This document shows positions 48,146-58,182 of a stretch of 64,000 bases of DNA, one piece after another (the first letter of the stretch is position 1; each line of letters starts with the position of its first letter). Location of the stretch: NCBI GenBank assembly GCA_965207225.1, contig CBDBLV010000005.1, positions 1,056,001 to 1,120,000 on the forward strand. Direction: 5' to 3'. This DNA comes from Dehalococcoidia bacterium (GTDB lineage Bacteria > Chloroflexota > Dehalococcoidia > Plut-88900). The position numbers and the translations under genes are program-made. A model generated the notes under the pieces. It saw only the letters and a list, made by a program, of their open reading frames with translations, did not search any database and was not told where the DNA came from.

Positions 48146-49480
48146 CTAGTAACCGACGGCGTCCAGGGAGGCGTCGACGGCGTCCACGTATGCGTCCATT
48201 TCCTCGTGGCCCATGGCGGTAGAGATGCAGGCCAGGCCCCGGCCTGCGTAGACGATCCCTCGCCCCAACATCTCGTGGGTGAACTTGTTGAAGGTCTCCT
48301 GGCCCGGGCCTGAGGCCTCGAACTCCCGGAAGTCGTTCCATTTCTTGTCTCCAAGGTGGAACCAGAAGAGGGAGCCGATGCCGGTGACCTGGGCTGGGAC
48401 TTCTTTCCTGACTATGAGGTCGTTGAGCTTGCCCCGGGCGTAGTCCCCAAGTTCGCCGATGCGGTCGTATTCCTCGGGGGTCATCATCTTCATGGCGGTG
48501 AGGCCGGCGGTCATGGTCACGGGGTTGGCGTTGAAGGTGCCGCCGTGGTGCACCTTGTGCCCGGAGCGGTGGTCGAAGACCTCCATGACGTCGTCGGTGC
48601 CGGCCACCGCGCCAACGGGGAAGCCGCCGCCGATTATCTTGGCCAGGGCGGTGAGGTCGGGGTTGATGCCGAAGTGGTCGCAGGCGCCTTTGTAGGAGAT
48701 ACGGAAGCTTATGACCTCATCGGCTATCAGGAGAATGCCGAAGTCCTGGGTAATCTTCCTGATCTGCTCCAGGAAGCCGGGGGCCGGGGGCACCCACCCG
48801 AGGGCGGCGGGGAGGGGATCGATGACTACGGCGGCAAGCTCGTCCCTGTGGCGCTCGATTATGGAGGCGCAGGCGTCGATGTTGTTCCAGGGCATGGCGA
48901 TGACTTCTTCGGTGACCCTGGGGGAGACGCTGGGCTCGGACACGCTGGTCGGGAACACGGGGTCGCCCCAGTCATTGGGGTTGGCGGCCTCGCTGACCTG
49001 GGCGTAGTCGTAGCTGCCGTGGTATGCACCTTCGATCTTGGCGATCTTGAACCTGCCGGTGCGGGCCCGGGCGGCCTTGATGCACAGCATGACCGCCTCG
49101 CTGCCCGAGTTGCAGAAGCGGAGCTTGTCTATGTAGTCGATGCGGTCTACCAGGAGGTTGGCGAGCTCGACCTCGGGCTCGGTGGGCATGGCGAAGGCGG
49201 TGCCCATTTCCAGCTGCTTGCTGACGGCTTCGACGATAGTCGGGTGGGCGTGGCCGTGGATGAGGGAGGTCATGTTGTTGATGAAGTCGAGGCGCTCCTC
49301 CCCTTCCACGTCGACGAGCTTGCAGCCGCTGGCCCTGCTGACGTAGATGGGGTAGGGGTTCATGGTAACGGAGTGGCGGCTGTTCCCGCCGGGCAGCACC
49401 CTGAGGCCCTGCTCGTAGAGCTGCTTCGAGCGGGACGTTTCTGATCTGTACGCGATAGTCTCGGGGGTGGCGCCGGCCAT
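48146..49480 (-). CDS. class III PLP aminotransferase (HemL-fold, beta-transaminase-like)
   Basis: PGGNSR, SGSEA, GAYHG, DEVISFR, AKIIGGGFPVGA, GTFNANP. Confidence 0.9.
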   Translation of the reverse strand: MAGATPETIAYRSETSRSKQLYEQGLRVLPGGNSRHSVTMNPYPIYVSRASGCKLVDVEGEERLDFINNMTSLIHGHAHPTIVEAVSKQLEMGTAFAMPTEPEVELANLLVDRIDYIDKLRFCNSGSEAVMLCIKAARARTGRFKIAKIEGAYHGSYDYAQVSEAANPNDWGDPVFPTSVSEPSVSPRVTEEVIAMPWNNIDACASIIERHRDELAAVVIDPLPAALGWVPPAPGFLEQIRKITQDFGILLIADEVISFRISYKGACDHFGINPDLTALAKIIGGGFPVGAVAGTDDVMEVFDHRSGHKVHHGGTFNANPVTMTAGLTAMKMMTPEEYDRIGELGDYARGKLNDLIVRKEVPAQVTGIGSLFWFHLGDKKWNDFREFEASGPGQETFNKFTHEMLGRGIVYAGRGLACISTAMGHEEMDAYVDAVDASLDAVGY

Positions 49481-49652
49481 GGGATACCTCCTGATGGTGA
49501 AAGCCCCGTCCAGGGGCTAGGAGAGAATATCAGAGGGGTCGGGGGTGTGCAATGGGCGTAGGGCTTCGTCACTGGCTTCTCCGTAATGGCAGAATGGTGG
49601 TAGAACTAATTGGTCGCTGGGAAAATACCTGTTTCCAACGCAGGTCCAGGGA

Positions 49653-49682
49653 TGCTATAATCTAGCCAGTTAATCTAGCCAG
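49653..49682 (+). promoter_or_regulatory. extended -10 promoter with tandem operator repeat of the TA operon
   Basis: TGcTATAAT; TAATCTAGCCAG direct repeat at 49658-49669 and 49671-49682. Confidence 0.6.
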
Positions 49683-49691
49683 GTGATTATT

Positions 49692-49946
49692 ATGAATGAG
49701 TGGCCTTTACAGGACGCCAAGAATAGATTCAGTGCCCTAGTCAACGCTGCGCTAGCGGGAGAGCCGCAACGAGTAACCCGACGCGGTCAACCTGCGGTGG
49801 TGGTATTGGCCTCAGAGGAGTACGAACGCCTTCGCGGTATGGAAAAAGCCAATGCGCCTACCCTAGTCGAGTTGCTTCTACAAATGCCCCAAGACGACCA
49901 GGAATTCGAGCGGCTACCTCTTCCATTTCGACCCGTTGATCTGTGA
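49692..49946 (+). CDS. Phd/YefM family antitoxin
   Basis: WPLQDAKNRFSALV...PQRVTRRGQPAVVVL...YERL. Confidence 0.92.
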   Translation: MNEWPLQDAKNRFSALVNAALAGEPQRVTRRGQPAVVVLASEEYERLRGMEKANAPTLVELLLQMPQDDQEFERLPLPFRPVDL

Positions 49947-50350
49947 TGTTACTGCTAGATACTGATGTGTTGTCGTTGGTTCGACGGCGTGAGCGCAATC
50001 CTGGGTTAGTGCGGTGGTTAGAGGCCCAAAAGTTAGCCGAGGTTTACCTTAGCGTAGTGTCGTTAGGAGAAGTAGAGCGCGGGATCGCCCAGCAACGTCG
50101 GCGCAACCCAGCATTCGCCTACTCTCTAACCCTCTGGTTGGAAAGCGTCCTAGCCTGGTGTGGGGAACGAATTTTGCCAATAGACCTCGCTATAGCAAGC
50201 CGTTGGGGTCGGCTGTCGGCAGCACTTGGTCACCCAAGCGTGGACCTCTTTATTGCCGCCACAGCCCTTGAGCACGGACTAGCCGTGGTTACTCGCAACG
50301 TTCGCCATTTCGAACCGACAGGAGTGCGGGTCGTAAATCCCTTTGCCTGA
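49943..50350 (+). CDS. vapC: VapC family PIN-domain toxin
   Basis: LLDTDVLS, LSVVSLGE, DLFIAATALEHG...VTRNVRHF...NPF. Confidence 0.92.
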   Translation: MMLLLDTDVLSLVRRRERNPGLVRWLEAQKLAEVYLSVVSLGEVERGIAQQRRRNPAFAYSLTLWLESVLAWCGERILPIDLAIASRWGRLSAALGHPSVDLFIAATALEHGLAVVTRNVRHFEPTGVRVVNPFA

Positions 50351-50361
50351 AGGATTTCCCT

Positions 50362-51282
50362 CTACCTAAACCCGGGCATCACTTCTTTGGCGAAACGTTC
50401 TGCCTGGTGTATTCCTTCTTCCGGGTGGCAGACCAGGTTCATGACGAATTCGGTTACGCCGATGTCTATGAAGGACTGCAGGGTGTCCCGTATGTGGCCG
50501 GGGGCGCCGAGGAGGTGAGGGGAGTCGGGGGGGATGTTGGTCTCGCGGTTGGCGCGGATGGTGTAGACGTCGGAGGCTATATTGGCAGCCTCCTCCGTAC
50601 TGCCTGCGAAGCAGAGGAAGATGTGCATTGCCCTGGTCATGGTCGATGGATCGCGGCCCGAGTCACGGGCGGACTGCTCGGCGCCTTCGAACATGGCCCT
50701 GGCGTCGTCGGGGGTTGTGCCTACGGGAATCAGGGAGTCGGCGAAGCGACCGGCACGGCGGACGACGGTAGCTGCGCCGCCGCCCACGTGAATCCGGGGG
50801 TGGGGCTTTTGCACGGGCCTGGGGACCAGCTGGTAGCCGTCCAGGTCGAAGTGCCTGCCGTGGAAGGTCACGGAGTCCTCGGTCCAGAGCCTCTTGATGA
50901 TTGCGAGGGATTCGTCGGAGCGGGTTGCCCTTTCCCGGGCGTTGCCGCCGTAGGCTGCGAGGTCAGGGGTGTCGTTGCCCACACCCACGCCGAGGACAAC
51001 CCGGCCCCCGGACAGGATGTCGAGGCTGGCCACGGTCTGGGCCACGAGGATGGGGTTCCGGATGGGAAGGAGCGTCACGGAGGGGCCAAGGGTGAGCCTG
51101 CTGGTGTGAGCCGCAATGAAGGACAGCGCGGTGAAGCACTCCAAAGAATGGGCTCCCGAGGAGATGTTCTCCGTGACCCAAATGGAGTCGAAGCCCAGCT
51201 CTTCGATGCGTCGGGCGTAGGCGGGGAGGTCTGTGAAGTCGGGCCTTTCCGAATATGTTACTCCGAATTTGATGTCCGCCAT
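50362..51282 (-). CDS. LLM class flavin-dependent oxidoreductase
   Basis: EELGFDSIWVTE, LPIRNP, DILSGGRVVLGVG, PVQKPHP. Confidence 0.92.
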   Translation of the reverse strand: MADIKFGVTYSERPDFTDLPAYARRIEELGFDSIWVTENISSGAHSLECFTALSFIAAHTSRLTLGPSVTLLPIRNPILVAQTVASLDILSGGRVVLGVGVGNDTPDLAAYGGNARERATRSDESLAIIKRLWTEDSVTFHGRHFDLDGYQLVPRPVQKPHPRIHVGGGAATVVRRAGRFADSLIPVGTTPDDARAMFEGAEQSARDSGRDPSTMTRAMHIFLCFAGSTEEAANIASDVYTIRANRETNIPPDSPHLLGAPGHIRDTLQSFIDIGVTEFVMNLVCHPEEGIHQAERFAKEVMPGFR

Positions 51283-51297
51283 CAGAGGACTCTCCCG

Positions 51298-52224
51298 TTA
51301 TTTGAAATGGGGCATAACCTCTTGGGCGAACCTAGCCGCCTGACCTATCCCCTCCTCCGGCGGGCACACGACGTTCAGGACGAACTCCGTCACCCCGACG
51401 TCTATGAAGGACTGCACGGTGTCCCGTATTCGGTCGGCTGTGCCGAGGAGGTGGGGGGCGTCGGGGGGAACGTTGGTCTGGCTGTTGTAGCGTCGGGTGA
51501 AAACTCCGGAGGCTATGCCGGCGGCTTGTTCTGAGCTATTCGCGAAGCATAGGAAGAGGTGCATGACCCTGGTCATGGTGGATGGGTCGCGGCCGGAGTC
51601 CCGGGCGGTCTGCTCTGCGCTTTCGAACATGGCCCTGGCCTCGGCGGGGGTCTTGCTTACGGGGATTAGGGAGTCGGCGAAGCGGCCGGCCCGGCGGACG
51701 ACGGTGGCTGCGCCGCCGCCCACATGAATCCGGGGGTGGGGCTTCTGGACGGGCCTGGGGATAAGCTGGTAGTTATCCATGTCGAAATGCTTGCCGTGGA
51801 AGGTCACTGAGTCCTCGGTCCACAGTCTCTTGATGATTTCGAGGGCCTCGTTGGAGCGGCTTGCCCGTTCCCGGAAGTCGACCCCGTGGGCCGCCAGATC
51901 GGGGGTGACTTCACCCACGCCGACTCCCAGGACCACTCGTCCTCCGGACAGGATGTCGAGGCTGGCCACGGTCTGGGCCACGAGGATGGGGTTCCTGACA
52001 GGGAGGAGCATCACGGAGGGGCCGAGCATGAGCTTGTTGGTGTGGGCAGCCATGAAGGACAGGGCGGTGAAGCACTCCAGAGCGGGGGCTCCAGAGGAGA
52101 TGTTTTCGGTGACCCAGATGGAGGCGAAGCCCAGGTCCTCCACGCGTCGGGCGTAGGCGGGGAGGTCTGTGAAGTCGGGCCTTTCCGAATAGGTCACTCC
52201 GAACTTGATGTCAGCCATGGGCAC
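51298..52224 (-). CDS. LLM class flavin-dependent oxidoreductase (close paralogue of 50362..51282)
   Basis: Same motifs; near-identical N-terminus. Confidence 0.92.
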   Translation of the reverse strand: MPMADIKFGVTYSERPDFTDLPAYARRVEDLGFASIWVTENISSGAPALECFTALSFMAAHTNKLMLGPSVMLLPVRNPILVAQTVASLDILSGGRVVLGVGVGEVTPDLAAHGVDFRERASRSNEALEIIKRLWTEDSVTFHGKHFDMDNYQLIPRPVQKPHPRIHVGGGAATVVRRAGRFADSLIPVSKTPAEARAMFESAEQTARDSGRDPSTMTRVMHLFLCFANSSEQAAGIASGVFTRRYNSQTNVPPDAPHLLGTADRIRDTVQSFIDVGVTEFVLNVVCPPEEGIGQAARFAQEVMPHFK

Positions 52225-52233
52225 GGGTCCTCC

Positions 52234-53151
52234 TTACTTGAAATAGGGCATGACTTCCCGGGCAGCCTTCTCGACCGTTGACGGCAGCTGGTCAAAGGCG
52301 CATGCCGGGTCCAGTATGACGTGGGACACGCCTATGGCCTGGTACTCTTTCAACGCGCGTACGCACTGCTCCACCGTTCCCACCACGGAGTTGACGCCGG
52401 CATGGACGTGGGAAACGGGGTAGGTGTAGCGTTCTTCGAGGGTGGCGCGGGCGTCGGCCTGGGCCTTTTCGCCGGACTCGGCGAAGTGGACGTACAGGTA
52501 GATGGCGTTGGTGAATTCTTTGTCTTGCCGACCCCATTCGCGGCGATATTCGTCGACCTTGCGGAACATTTCCGCCGTTTCCTGGGGGTGGGTGTGGGCG
52601 GGGAAGAAGCCGTCACCCCACCTACCGGCTCTTCGGAGGACTGGCGGGGCGTCGCCGCCGAGCCAGACGGGGGGATGGGGCCTCTGGTAGGGTCGGGCGC
52701 CGAGGGCGTATTCGGAGAACTTGGAGAACTGGCCGTTGAAGGAGTAGGGTTCGCCGGTCCAGAGGTTAGTCATGATCTCCAGGGTCTCGTTGCAGCGCTT
52801 GCCGCGTTCGGCGACGGGGACTCCATAGGCCTCGTAACCTTCGACGGCGTTGCCTCCCGCCCCGACCCCGAGGATGAACCGGCCCTCGGAGAGGTGGTCG
52901 ACGGTGGCTACGGCATGGGCAAATCCGACGGGGTTCCTGAGCGGGAGCAATACGACCGCCGGGCCTATGTTGATACGCTCGGTGTAGGCGGCGAACTGGC
53001 TGAGAACCACCATGGGTTCGAGGGCCTCGGGGCCGCTGTGGACGTTCTCGGTGACCCAGAGGGAATCGTAGCCCGAGGACTCCACCAGCCGCGCCGAGTC
53101 CCGGACCTGCTTTGCGTCCTGGTAGTAGGCGTAAGATATGCCGAATTTCAT
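52234..53151 (-). CDS. LLM class flavin-dependent oxidoreductase
   Basis: MKFGI, GYDSLWVTE, LPLRNP, DHLSEGRFILGVG, QRPHPPVWLG. Confidence 0.92.
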   Translation of the reverse strand: MKFGISYAYYQDAKQVRDSARLVESSGYDSLWVTENVHSGPEALEPMVVLSQFAAYTERINIGPAVVLLPLRNPVGFAHAVATVDHLSEGRFILGVGAGGNAVEGYEAYGVPVAERGKRCNETLEIMTNLWTGEPYSFNGQFSKFSEYALGARPYQRPHPPVWLGGDAPPVLRRAGRWGDGFFPAHTHPQETAEMFRKVDEYRREWGRQDKEFTNAIYLYVHFAESGEKAQADARATLEERYTYPVSHVHAGVNSVVGTVEQCVRALKEYQAIGVSHVILDPACAFDQLPSTVEKAAREVMPYFK

Positions 53152-53179
53152 GTACTGATCCTTGTCTGGTTTCTCGGGG

Positions 53180-54202
53180 CTAGGTCATGAGGAAGCCGTG
53201 CTTGAGGGGGTCATCGGGGTCCAGGACGAACTGGTGCATGGCTGTGATGTGGCCTGAGCCCGTGAGCTCCGGCACGATGGCCTTGTAGTTTCCGATCATT
53301 GTTTCCTCCACGGCCCGGACACGGAAGAGCGTACCGATGTAGCTTTCGTATACGAACTCCTCGCCCAAGCCGATCTTGCCATCGGCGTAGAGGGTTGCGA
53401 GTCGGGAGCAGGTGCCTGTGCCACAGGGAGAGCGGTCGATGCTGTTGGGGGGAATGACGACCACGTTCTTGGAGTGGGCGTCGGGGTGGGTGGGGGGGCC
53501 GTAGAATTGGACCTGCATGGTGCCGCCGTAGTGAGACTGTTCTCGATCGTCGAGCCCCGGGTGGACGATGTGGAGCTGTTCAAGGGCATCGTCGCGGATG
53601 CTTATGCCGGAGGTTATGATCCTGTCCAGTTCACCTTCTTTCAGGGTTAGCCCCGCCGATTCTGCGGGGACTAGCAGGTAGTACATTCCGCCGTAGGCGA
53701 TGTCGAGCACAATTTCGCCGAACTCCCTTGTATTGAGCTTGACTCCCTTTTCGTACAGGAAAGCCGGGACGTTGCGGATGGTGACCGACCTGGCGCGTCC
53801 GTTTTCGACCGAGACCCGGGCCTCTATCAGACCAGCCAGGGTTTCCAAATTGATTTTCGTAACCGGCTCCTCGACCTGCACCATTCCGGTTTCGACGAGG
53901 ACGGTGCAGGTAGCAATGGTGCAGTGGCCGCACATGGGGACGTAGCCCTGGGGTTCCAGGATGAGCATACCGAGGTCGGCGCCGGGGGCTGAGGACTCGG
54001 TGATGACGGTGGCGCACATGCCGGAGTGGCCGCGGGGCTCGAAGAGGACAGCGGTGCGAAGGTGATCCATCTCGTCGCGGAGGTACTGGGTCTTCTCGAC
54101 GACCGTGTTGCCGGGGATCACAGGAAAGCCGCCGGTTATGACCCTGAGGGGACAGCCGGCGGCGTGGGCCTCGACGCTGGAGATGACGTTGGAGAAGTTC
54201 AT
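53180..54202 (-). CDS. proline racemase / hydroxyproline epimerase family protein
   Basis: EPRGH, MCGH and DRSPCGTG (both catalytic Cys present), YGG. Confidence 0.92.
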   Translation of the reverse strand: MNFSNVISSVEAHAAGCPLRVITGGFPVIPGNTVVEKTQYLRDEMDHLRTAVLFEPRGHSGMCATVITESSAPGADLGMLILEPQGYVPMCGHCTIATCTVLVETGMVQVEEPVTKINLETLAGLIEARVSVENGRARSVTIRNVPAFLYEKGVKLNTREFGEIVLDIAYGGMYYLLVPAESAGLTLKEGELDRIITSGISIRDDALEQLHIVHPGLDDREQSHYGGTMQVQFYGPPTHPDAHSKNVVVIPPNSIDRSPCGTGTCSRLATLYADGKIGLGEEFVYESYIGTLFRVRAVEETMIGNYKAIVPELTGSGHITAMHQFVLDPDDPLKHGFLMT

Positions 54203-54289
54203 GGATTACTAAGCCGACGCCCTTTATGGGGTCTTTGCTCAACAGAACGGTGCGTCTTTAGTACCTCCCAGATCGCTTAACCCCCTACC

Positions 54290-54322
54290 CCGCTCGCACT
54301 TCGAGTGCCTCAGAACGAGCGG
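54290..54322. repeat. REP-like family A, copy 4
   Basis: CCGCTCGCACTTCGAGTGCCTCAGAACGAGCGG. Confidence 0.85.
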
Positions 54323-54379
54323 CCCCGGGACCCCAGAGGGATATTTGGAAAGGTCTTAGAGGGCAGGAGGGAATCTTTT

Positions 54380-55357
54380 CTATAGCTGATAGGCTACATC
54401 TACCCCAGGAGTGATTTGCCAGGAGCCGTTTCGGCGGACGTAGAATTCGAGGCGGATGCCATCGGGGTCGAGGAGGAAGAAGCTGCGCTTGGCGGGGGAG
54501 TCGATGCTGACTTCCGGTTCGATGCCCCTGGCACGGACGGCGGATTCCGCGGTTTCAAGCTCCTGCTCGGACTGGAGCTCAAAGCCGACGTGGTGCATGC
54601 CGGGGGTGCGGGCCTCGGTCAGGGGAACTATCGCGAGGTCTCGTCTGCCGAGGGGGCCGGTGAATACGGTGTAGGAGCCGTCATCCGCCGAGTGCGCCAC
54701 CTCCAGCCCGGCCACGTCCTTGTAGAAGTCGACAAGGCCCTGATAGTCCTCGGCCACGATTACTCCGTATCCCACCTGCCTACTGGGGATCATGGCGCCG
54801 GGCTGGGGGATGAGTTCGGGGTCCACGGCGTAGCGGGGGTCTGTGGAACGCTCAGCGTTGTCGGGGGTCCACTTGACGGTCAGGACTTCGGTGTTGCCAT
54901 GCTGCCAGACTTCTCGCCAATCCTTCGCGGCGTCGGCGTAGAACTCGTGGTAGTTGCCCTCGGGGTCGAAGAGGTAGACGCTGTGGGAGACCTGGTGGTC
55001 GGCGGTGCGGTGGATGGGCAGTCCCGACTCGAGGGCCCGTTCGTAGGCCTCAAGGAGGACGGCTTCGTTCTCCATCTCCCAGCCGAAGTGGTTGAGGCCG
55101 GGCGTCATGCCTCGCTTCTCCGAAATCAGCGAGGACCCGTCACCCGCCTTTCGGGCCTTCCTGGAGACCTCGATCAGGGCGACGTCGTGGTGGGAGCTGC
55201 CGTTGCTGAGGAAGATGGCCTTGATGGGGGGCTCACGGAAGACCTCGGTCAACCCGCATACATTGGTGTAGAACTCCGACGAGCGCTCCAATTCACCCAC
55301 GAACAGGTTGGCGTGGCCCAGGCGTCGGGGGCTGAACATTACGTTTTGGTTGGCCAT
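54380..55357 (-). CDS. VOC family protein (extradiol dioxygenase/glyoxalase fold, two domains)
   Basis: RLGHANL, HHDVAL, GLNHFGW, SVYLFDPEGN.HEFY; second module HHVGF...DPDG.RLEFY. Confidence 0.88.
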   Translation of the reverse strand: MANQNVMFSPRRLGHANLFVGELERSSEFYTNVCGLTEVFREPPIKAIFLSNGSSHHDVALIEVSRKARKAGDGSSLISEKRGMTPGLNHFGWEMENEAVLLEAYERALESGLPIHRTADHQVSHSVYLFDPEGNYHEFYADAAKDWREVWQHGNTEVLTVKWTPDNAERSTDPRYAVDPELIPQPGAMIPSRQVGYGVIVAEDYQGLVDFYKDVAGLEVAHSADDGSYTVFTGPLGRRDLAIVPLTEARTPGMHHVGFELQSEQELETAESAVRARGIEPEVSIDSPAKRSFFLLDPDGIRLEFYVRRNGSWQITPGVDVAYQL

Positions 55358-55460
55358 CTCGGTTTCTCCTGTTGATTAAAAGGCGTTTTTGTTTGACGGG
55401 GCTCCTGCCTAGCTATTGATTCCGTCTGTTGTTTTGAACATCTAACCGTAATACCTCCCC

Positions 55461-55517
55461 CCGCTCATACCCTTCGACTAAGCTCAGGACATGCTTCGAG
55501 TGCCTCAGCATGAGCGG
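55461..55517. repeat. REP-like family A, copy 5 (with nested extra CTTCGA...CTCAG unit)
   Basis: CCGCTCATAC-CCTTCGACTAAGCTCAGGACATG-CTTCGAGTGCCTCAGCATGAGCGG. Confidence 0.85.
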
Positions 55518-55587
55518 CCCCTGCCCCACCGGGAGACATTGTGCAATTGTCACCTGTTCGGGAGAGGACATTACGAAGGGAGTTCCT

Positions 55588-56679
55588 CTACAACCCGTGG
55601 ACTTTTGCTACGTTGCCGCCGACGAGTTTTTCCTGCTCCTCGGTGGAGAGGCCGTCGAGGATGCGCTCAAGGGACTGGTGGGCGTCGAGGCCTATGGAGC
55701 GGATGTGGGGGAAGTCGGAACCCCACATCACGCCGTCGGCGCCGATGTGCCGGACTGCGTCCCGGCCGAAGGGGTCGTCGATCATGCCGTGCCACATGCG
55801 TTTCTTGATGTAGTCGCTGGCGAGCAGGTCGAGTTTTTCCATGGGCATCCGGTGGGCGGCGGCTCCCTGGACCTGGTCCATGCGGAACATGAACATGGGC
55901 ACCCAGGAAATCTCCCACTCGGCGCAGATGAGCTTCAGCTTGGGGAAACGGTCCAGGATCTTGCCGAAGATGAAGTCGTCGGCGAGGGTGGTGGTGAGCT
56001 CAAGGAAGAGGTCGACCCAGGTGCTGGGGGCGCGCTCCATGTCCTCCCTGGTGTGGAAGTGGAGGGGGTCGGGGACCCGGCCGGTTATCGAGTGCAGGGT
56101 GATGGCTATACCGGCATCTTCGGCGGCTGCCCAGAAGGGATCGTAGTATTTGTCCCTGTAGGGTTTCGAGCCTTCGGGGGGGACTACGTTAATCATTGCG
56201 CCCTTGAGGCCCTTCTTTGAAATGCGTTCAAGCTCTGCGAGGCCCCAGTCCACATCCTCCATAGGGATGGCGCCGATGCCGATCAGGGTGCTGGGGCTGT
56301 AGGAGACGAAATCGGCGAGCCAGTCGTTGTAGGCCTGGGAGGACGCCCTGACGACTTCACGGTCCCGGCCCTGCATGGCGAGCATCATGAGGGTCGGGTT
56401 CAGGACCTCGGCTTCGACTTTCGCTTCCTCCTGGAACCGCACGCGCACGGCCGGGTCCTTGCCTGCGTCCTCCAGTTCGCCCATGTCCGACATTTCGGCC
56501 TCGGTCTCGTCGATCTTCAGATACTGGGCGCCGGTATAGAAGAAGCGGCCCTGCTTGCCCAGGTATTCGTTGACGATGCGGGGCGTCCGTTCGCCGAACC
56601 TGGAGCCGATGGCGTTCCACCAGAGGTCGGTGGGTTCGACAACGTGGGAGTCGGCCGAGATAACTCTGTCAAACTTCAA
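55588..56679 (-). CDS. amidohydrolase_2 family protein
   Basis: TTG start with AGGAGG RBS; ISADSHVVEP, YNDW, LDRFPKLK, WGSDFPH. Confidence 0.9.
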   Translation of the reverse strand: MKFDRVISADSHVVEPTDLWWNAIGSRFGERTPRIVNEYLGKQGRFFYTGAQYLKIDETEAEMSDMGELEDAGKDPAVRVRFQEEAKVEAEVLNPTLMMLAMQGRDREVVRASSQAYNDWLADFVSYSPSTLIGIGAIPMEDVDWGLAELERISKKGLKGAMINVVPPEGSKPYRDKYYDPFWAAAEDAGIAITLHSITGRVPDPLHFHTREDMERAPSTWVDLFLELTTTLADDFIFGKILDRFPKLKLICAEWEISWVPMFMFRMDQVQGAAAHRMPMEKLDLLASDYIKKRMWHGMIDDPFGRDAVRHIGADGVMWGSDFPHIRSIGLDAHQSLERILDGLSTEEQEKLVGGNVAKVHGL

Positions 56680-56770
56680 GAAATTCCTCCTGTGAGTCGC
56701 CTTTTGAGACCAGGGACTTGGGCAACCACTGATTACACCTCTTCTATTGCCCGTGTCCCCAATACACTTC

Positions 56771-57050
56771 CCGCTCATACTTCGAGTGCCTCAGCATGAG
56801 CGCCCTCAGCCCCACCATCCGACTCTATACAAATGTCAGTTAGTGGGAAGAGTCCAAGGTGCTTCCTGCCGCTCGATTCTACCCAAAACCGCTCGGAGCT
56901 TCAATCGGGCGCCCCGAACCATTCCGCTCTTGAGACCCTTCGAGAGCCTCAGGGCGAGCGGAATGCCCAACCCCCGGGGATGGATTCACGCCATAGGTGC
57001 ACTTGCAGCCGGCTCGGAGGCCGGAATGACGACTGCGGCAATTGGAGCGG
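56771..57050. repeat. intergenic REP-like cluster (family A copies 6 and 7; TGGATTC...GAATGAC family copy)
   Basis: 56771-56802, 56924-56961; 56981-57030 resembles 41968-42018. Confidence 0.8.
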
Positions 57051-57062
57051 TGGGTGGATGTG

Positions 57063-58169
57063 CTACGAGTCGAAGATGTCCAGGGGGAGGAAGGCGGAGA
57101 CGCAGACGTTGGGGAGGTCGACGACTTCGCTGACCTTGAAGTCGACGGCGACGCTGCAGATGACGTATGCCTGCTCCCGGCTGTAGCCGCGGTCCATGAG
57201 CAGGTTGACCATGTTGAGGAGGGCCTGCCGGGTGGCGAGGGTGACGTTGCCGGAGTCGTTCTTGCCGTCGGCGATGGGCATGCCGGTGGTGGCGATGAAA
57301 CGCTTGGGTGCTGCGATCTCGGGGGAGGTCCAGTAGGTGTCGGACTCGAAGATGGGGAAGCGGATGTTGCCCCTCTCGGCTGCTCCCTCCCTGATGCGGA
57401 AGCGGGCGTGGATGGCTGCGGACATCTCGATGGCGGTGCCGCAGCACTCGCTGTCTCCCTGGGCGAAGTGGGCGTCGCCTGCCGAGAAGAGACCTCCTTC
57501 GACGAACACGGGGCAGAGGAGTCGGACTCCCTTGGTCAACTGCCTGATGTCCATGTTCCCGCCGTTCTCCCTGGGGGGCATGGTCCTGAGGCCCTCTGAG
57601 GCAATGGGATCCCAGGATGGTACGGCGCCTACCTTGTTCGGGGGCAGGGCAGTACCGCCAGCCTCAGCGGCGCGGGCCTCGCGCTCCCGACACTCCTCCA
57701 GCAAAGCCCGGGAGGGGGCTACACCAATGGTGCCCATGAAGGAGGACTCGGGGACACGGACACCCGGGACCTGCTCCGAGACTGCGTGCTTCCCGTCCAT
57801 CGACCACTTGGCGAGGAAGGGCTCGGTGTAGAGGTCGGCGAGGAAGCCGAAGCCCGGCTTGATGGAGGTGAAGCCGAAGGTGCCGGGTACGATGTCTATG
57901 ATGTCGATTTCCAGCAGGTCGCCGGGCTTTGCGCCCTTGACGTAGACGGGGCCGGTGAGTGGGTGGACGACGTCACGGCTGAAGCCGAGGAGGGACTGGG
58001 AAGTGGAGTCGGGGGTGCACTGACCGTCGGAGGCGTCACGGGTCTGCATGTAGACCTCTTCATCGGGGTCTACTTCCAGGGCGGGGGGGATGTCGGGGTG
58101 CCAGCGGTTGTGGCACTTCTTGGGTTCGTCGGCGCACCTCTTGGAATAGTCGATCTCTATGGTCTTCAT
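57063..58169 (-). CDS. acetamidase/formamidase family protein
   Basis: HNRWHPDIPP, HPLTGPVYVKGAKPGD, RENGGNMD, GDAHFAQGDSE. Confidence 0.93.
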   Translation of the reverse strand: MKTIEIDYSKRCADEPKKCHNRWHPDIPPALEVDPDEEVYMQTRDASDGQCTPDSTSQSLLGFSRDVVHPLTGPVYVKGAKPGDLLEIDIIDIVPGTFGFTSIKPGFGFLADLYTEPFLAKWSMDGKHAVSEQVPGVRVPESSFMGTIGVAPSRALLEECREREARAAEAGGTALPPNKVGAVPSWDPIASEGLRTMPPRENGGNMDIRQLTKGVRLLCPVFVEGGLFSAGDAHFAQGDSECCGTAIEMSAAIHARFRIREGAAERGNIRFPIFESDTYWTSPEIAAPKRFIATTGMPIADGKNDSGNVTLATRQALLNMVNLLMDRGYSREQAYVICSVAVDFKVSEVVDLPNVCVSAFLPLDIFDS

Positions 58170-58182
58170 TTTTCGCCACTCC

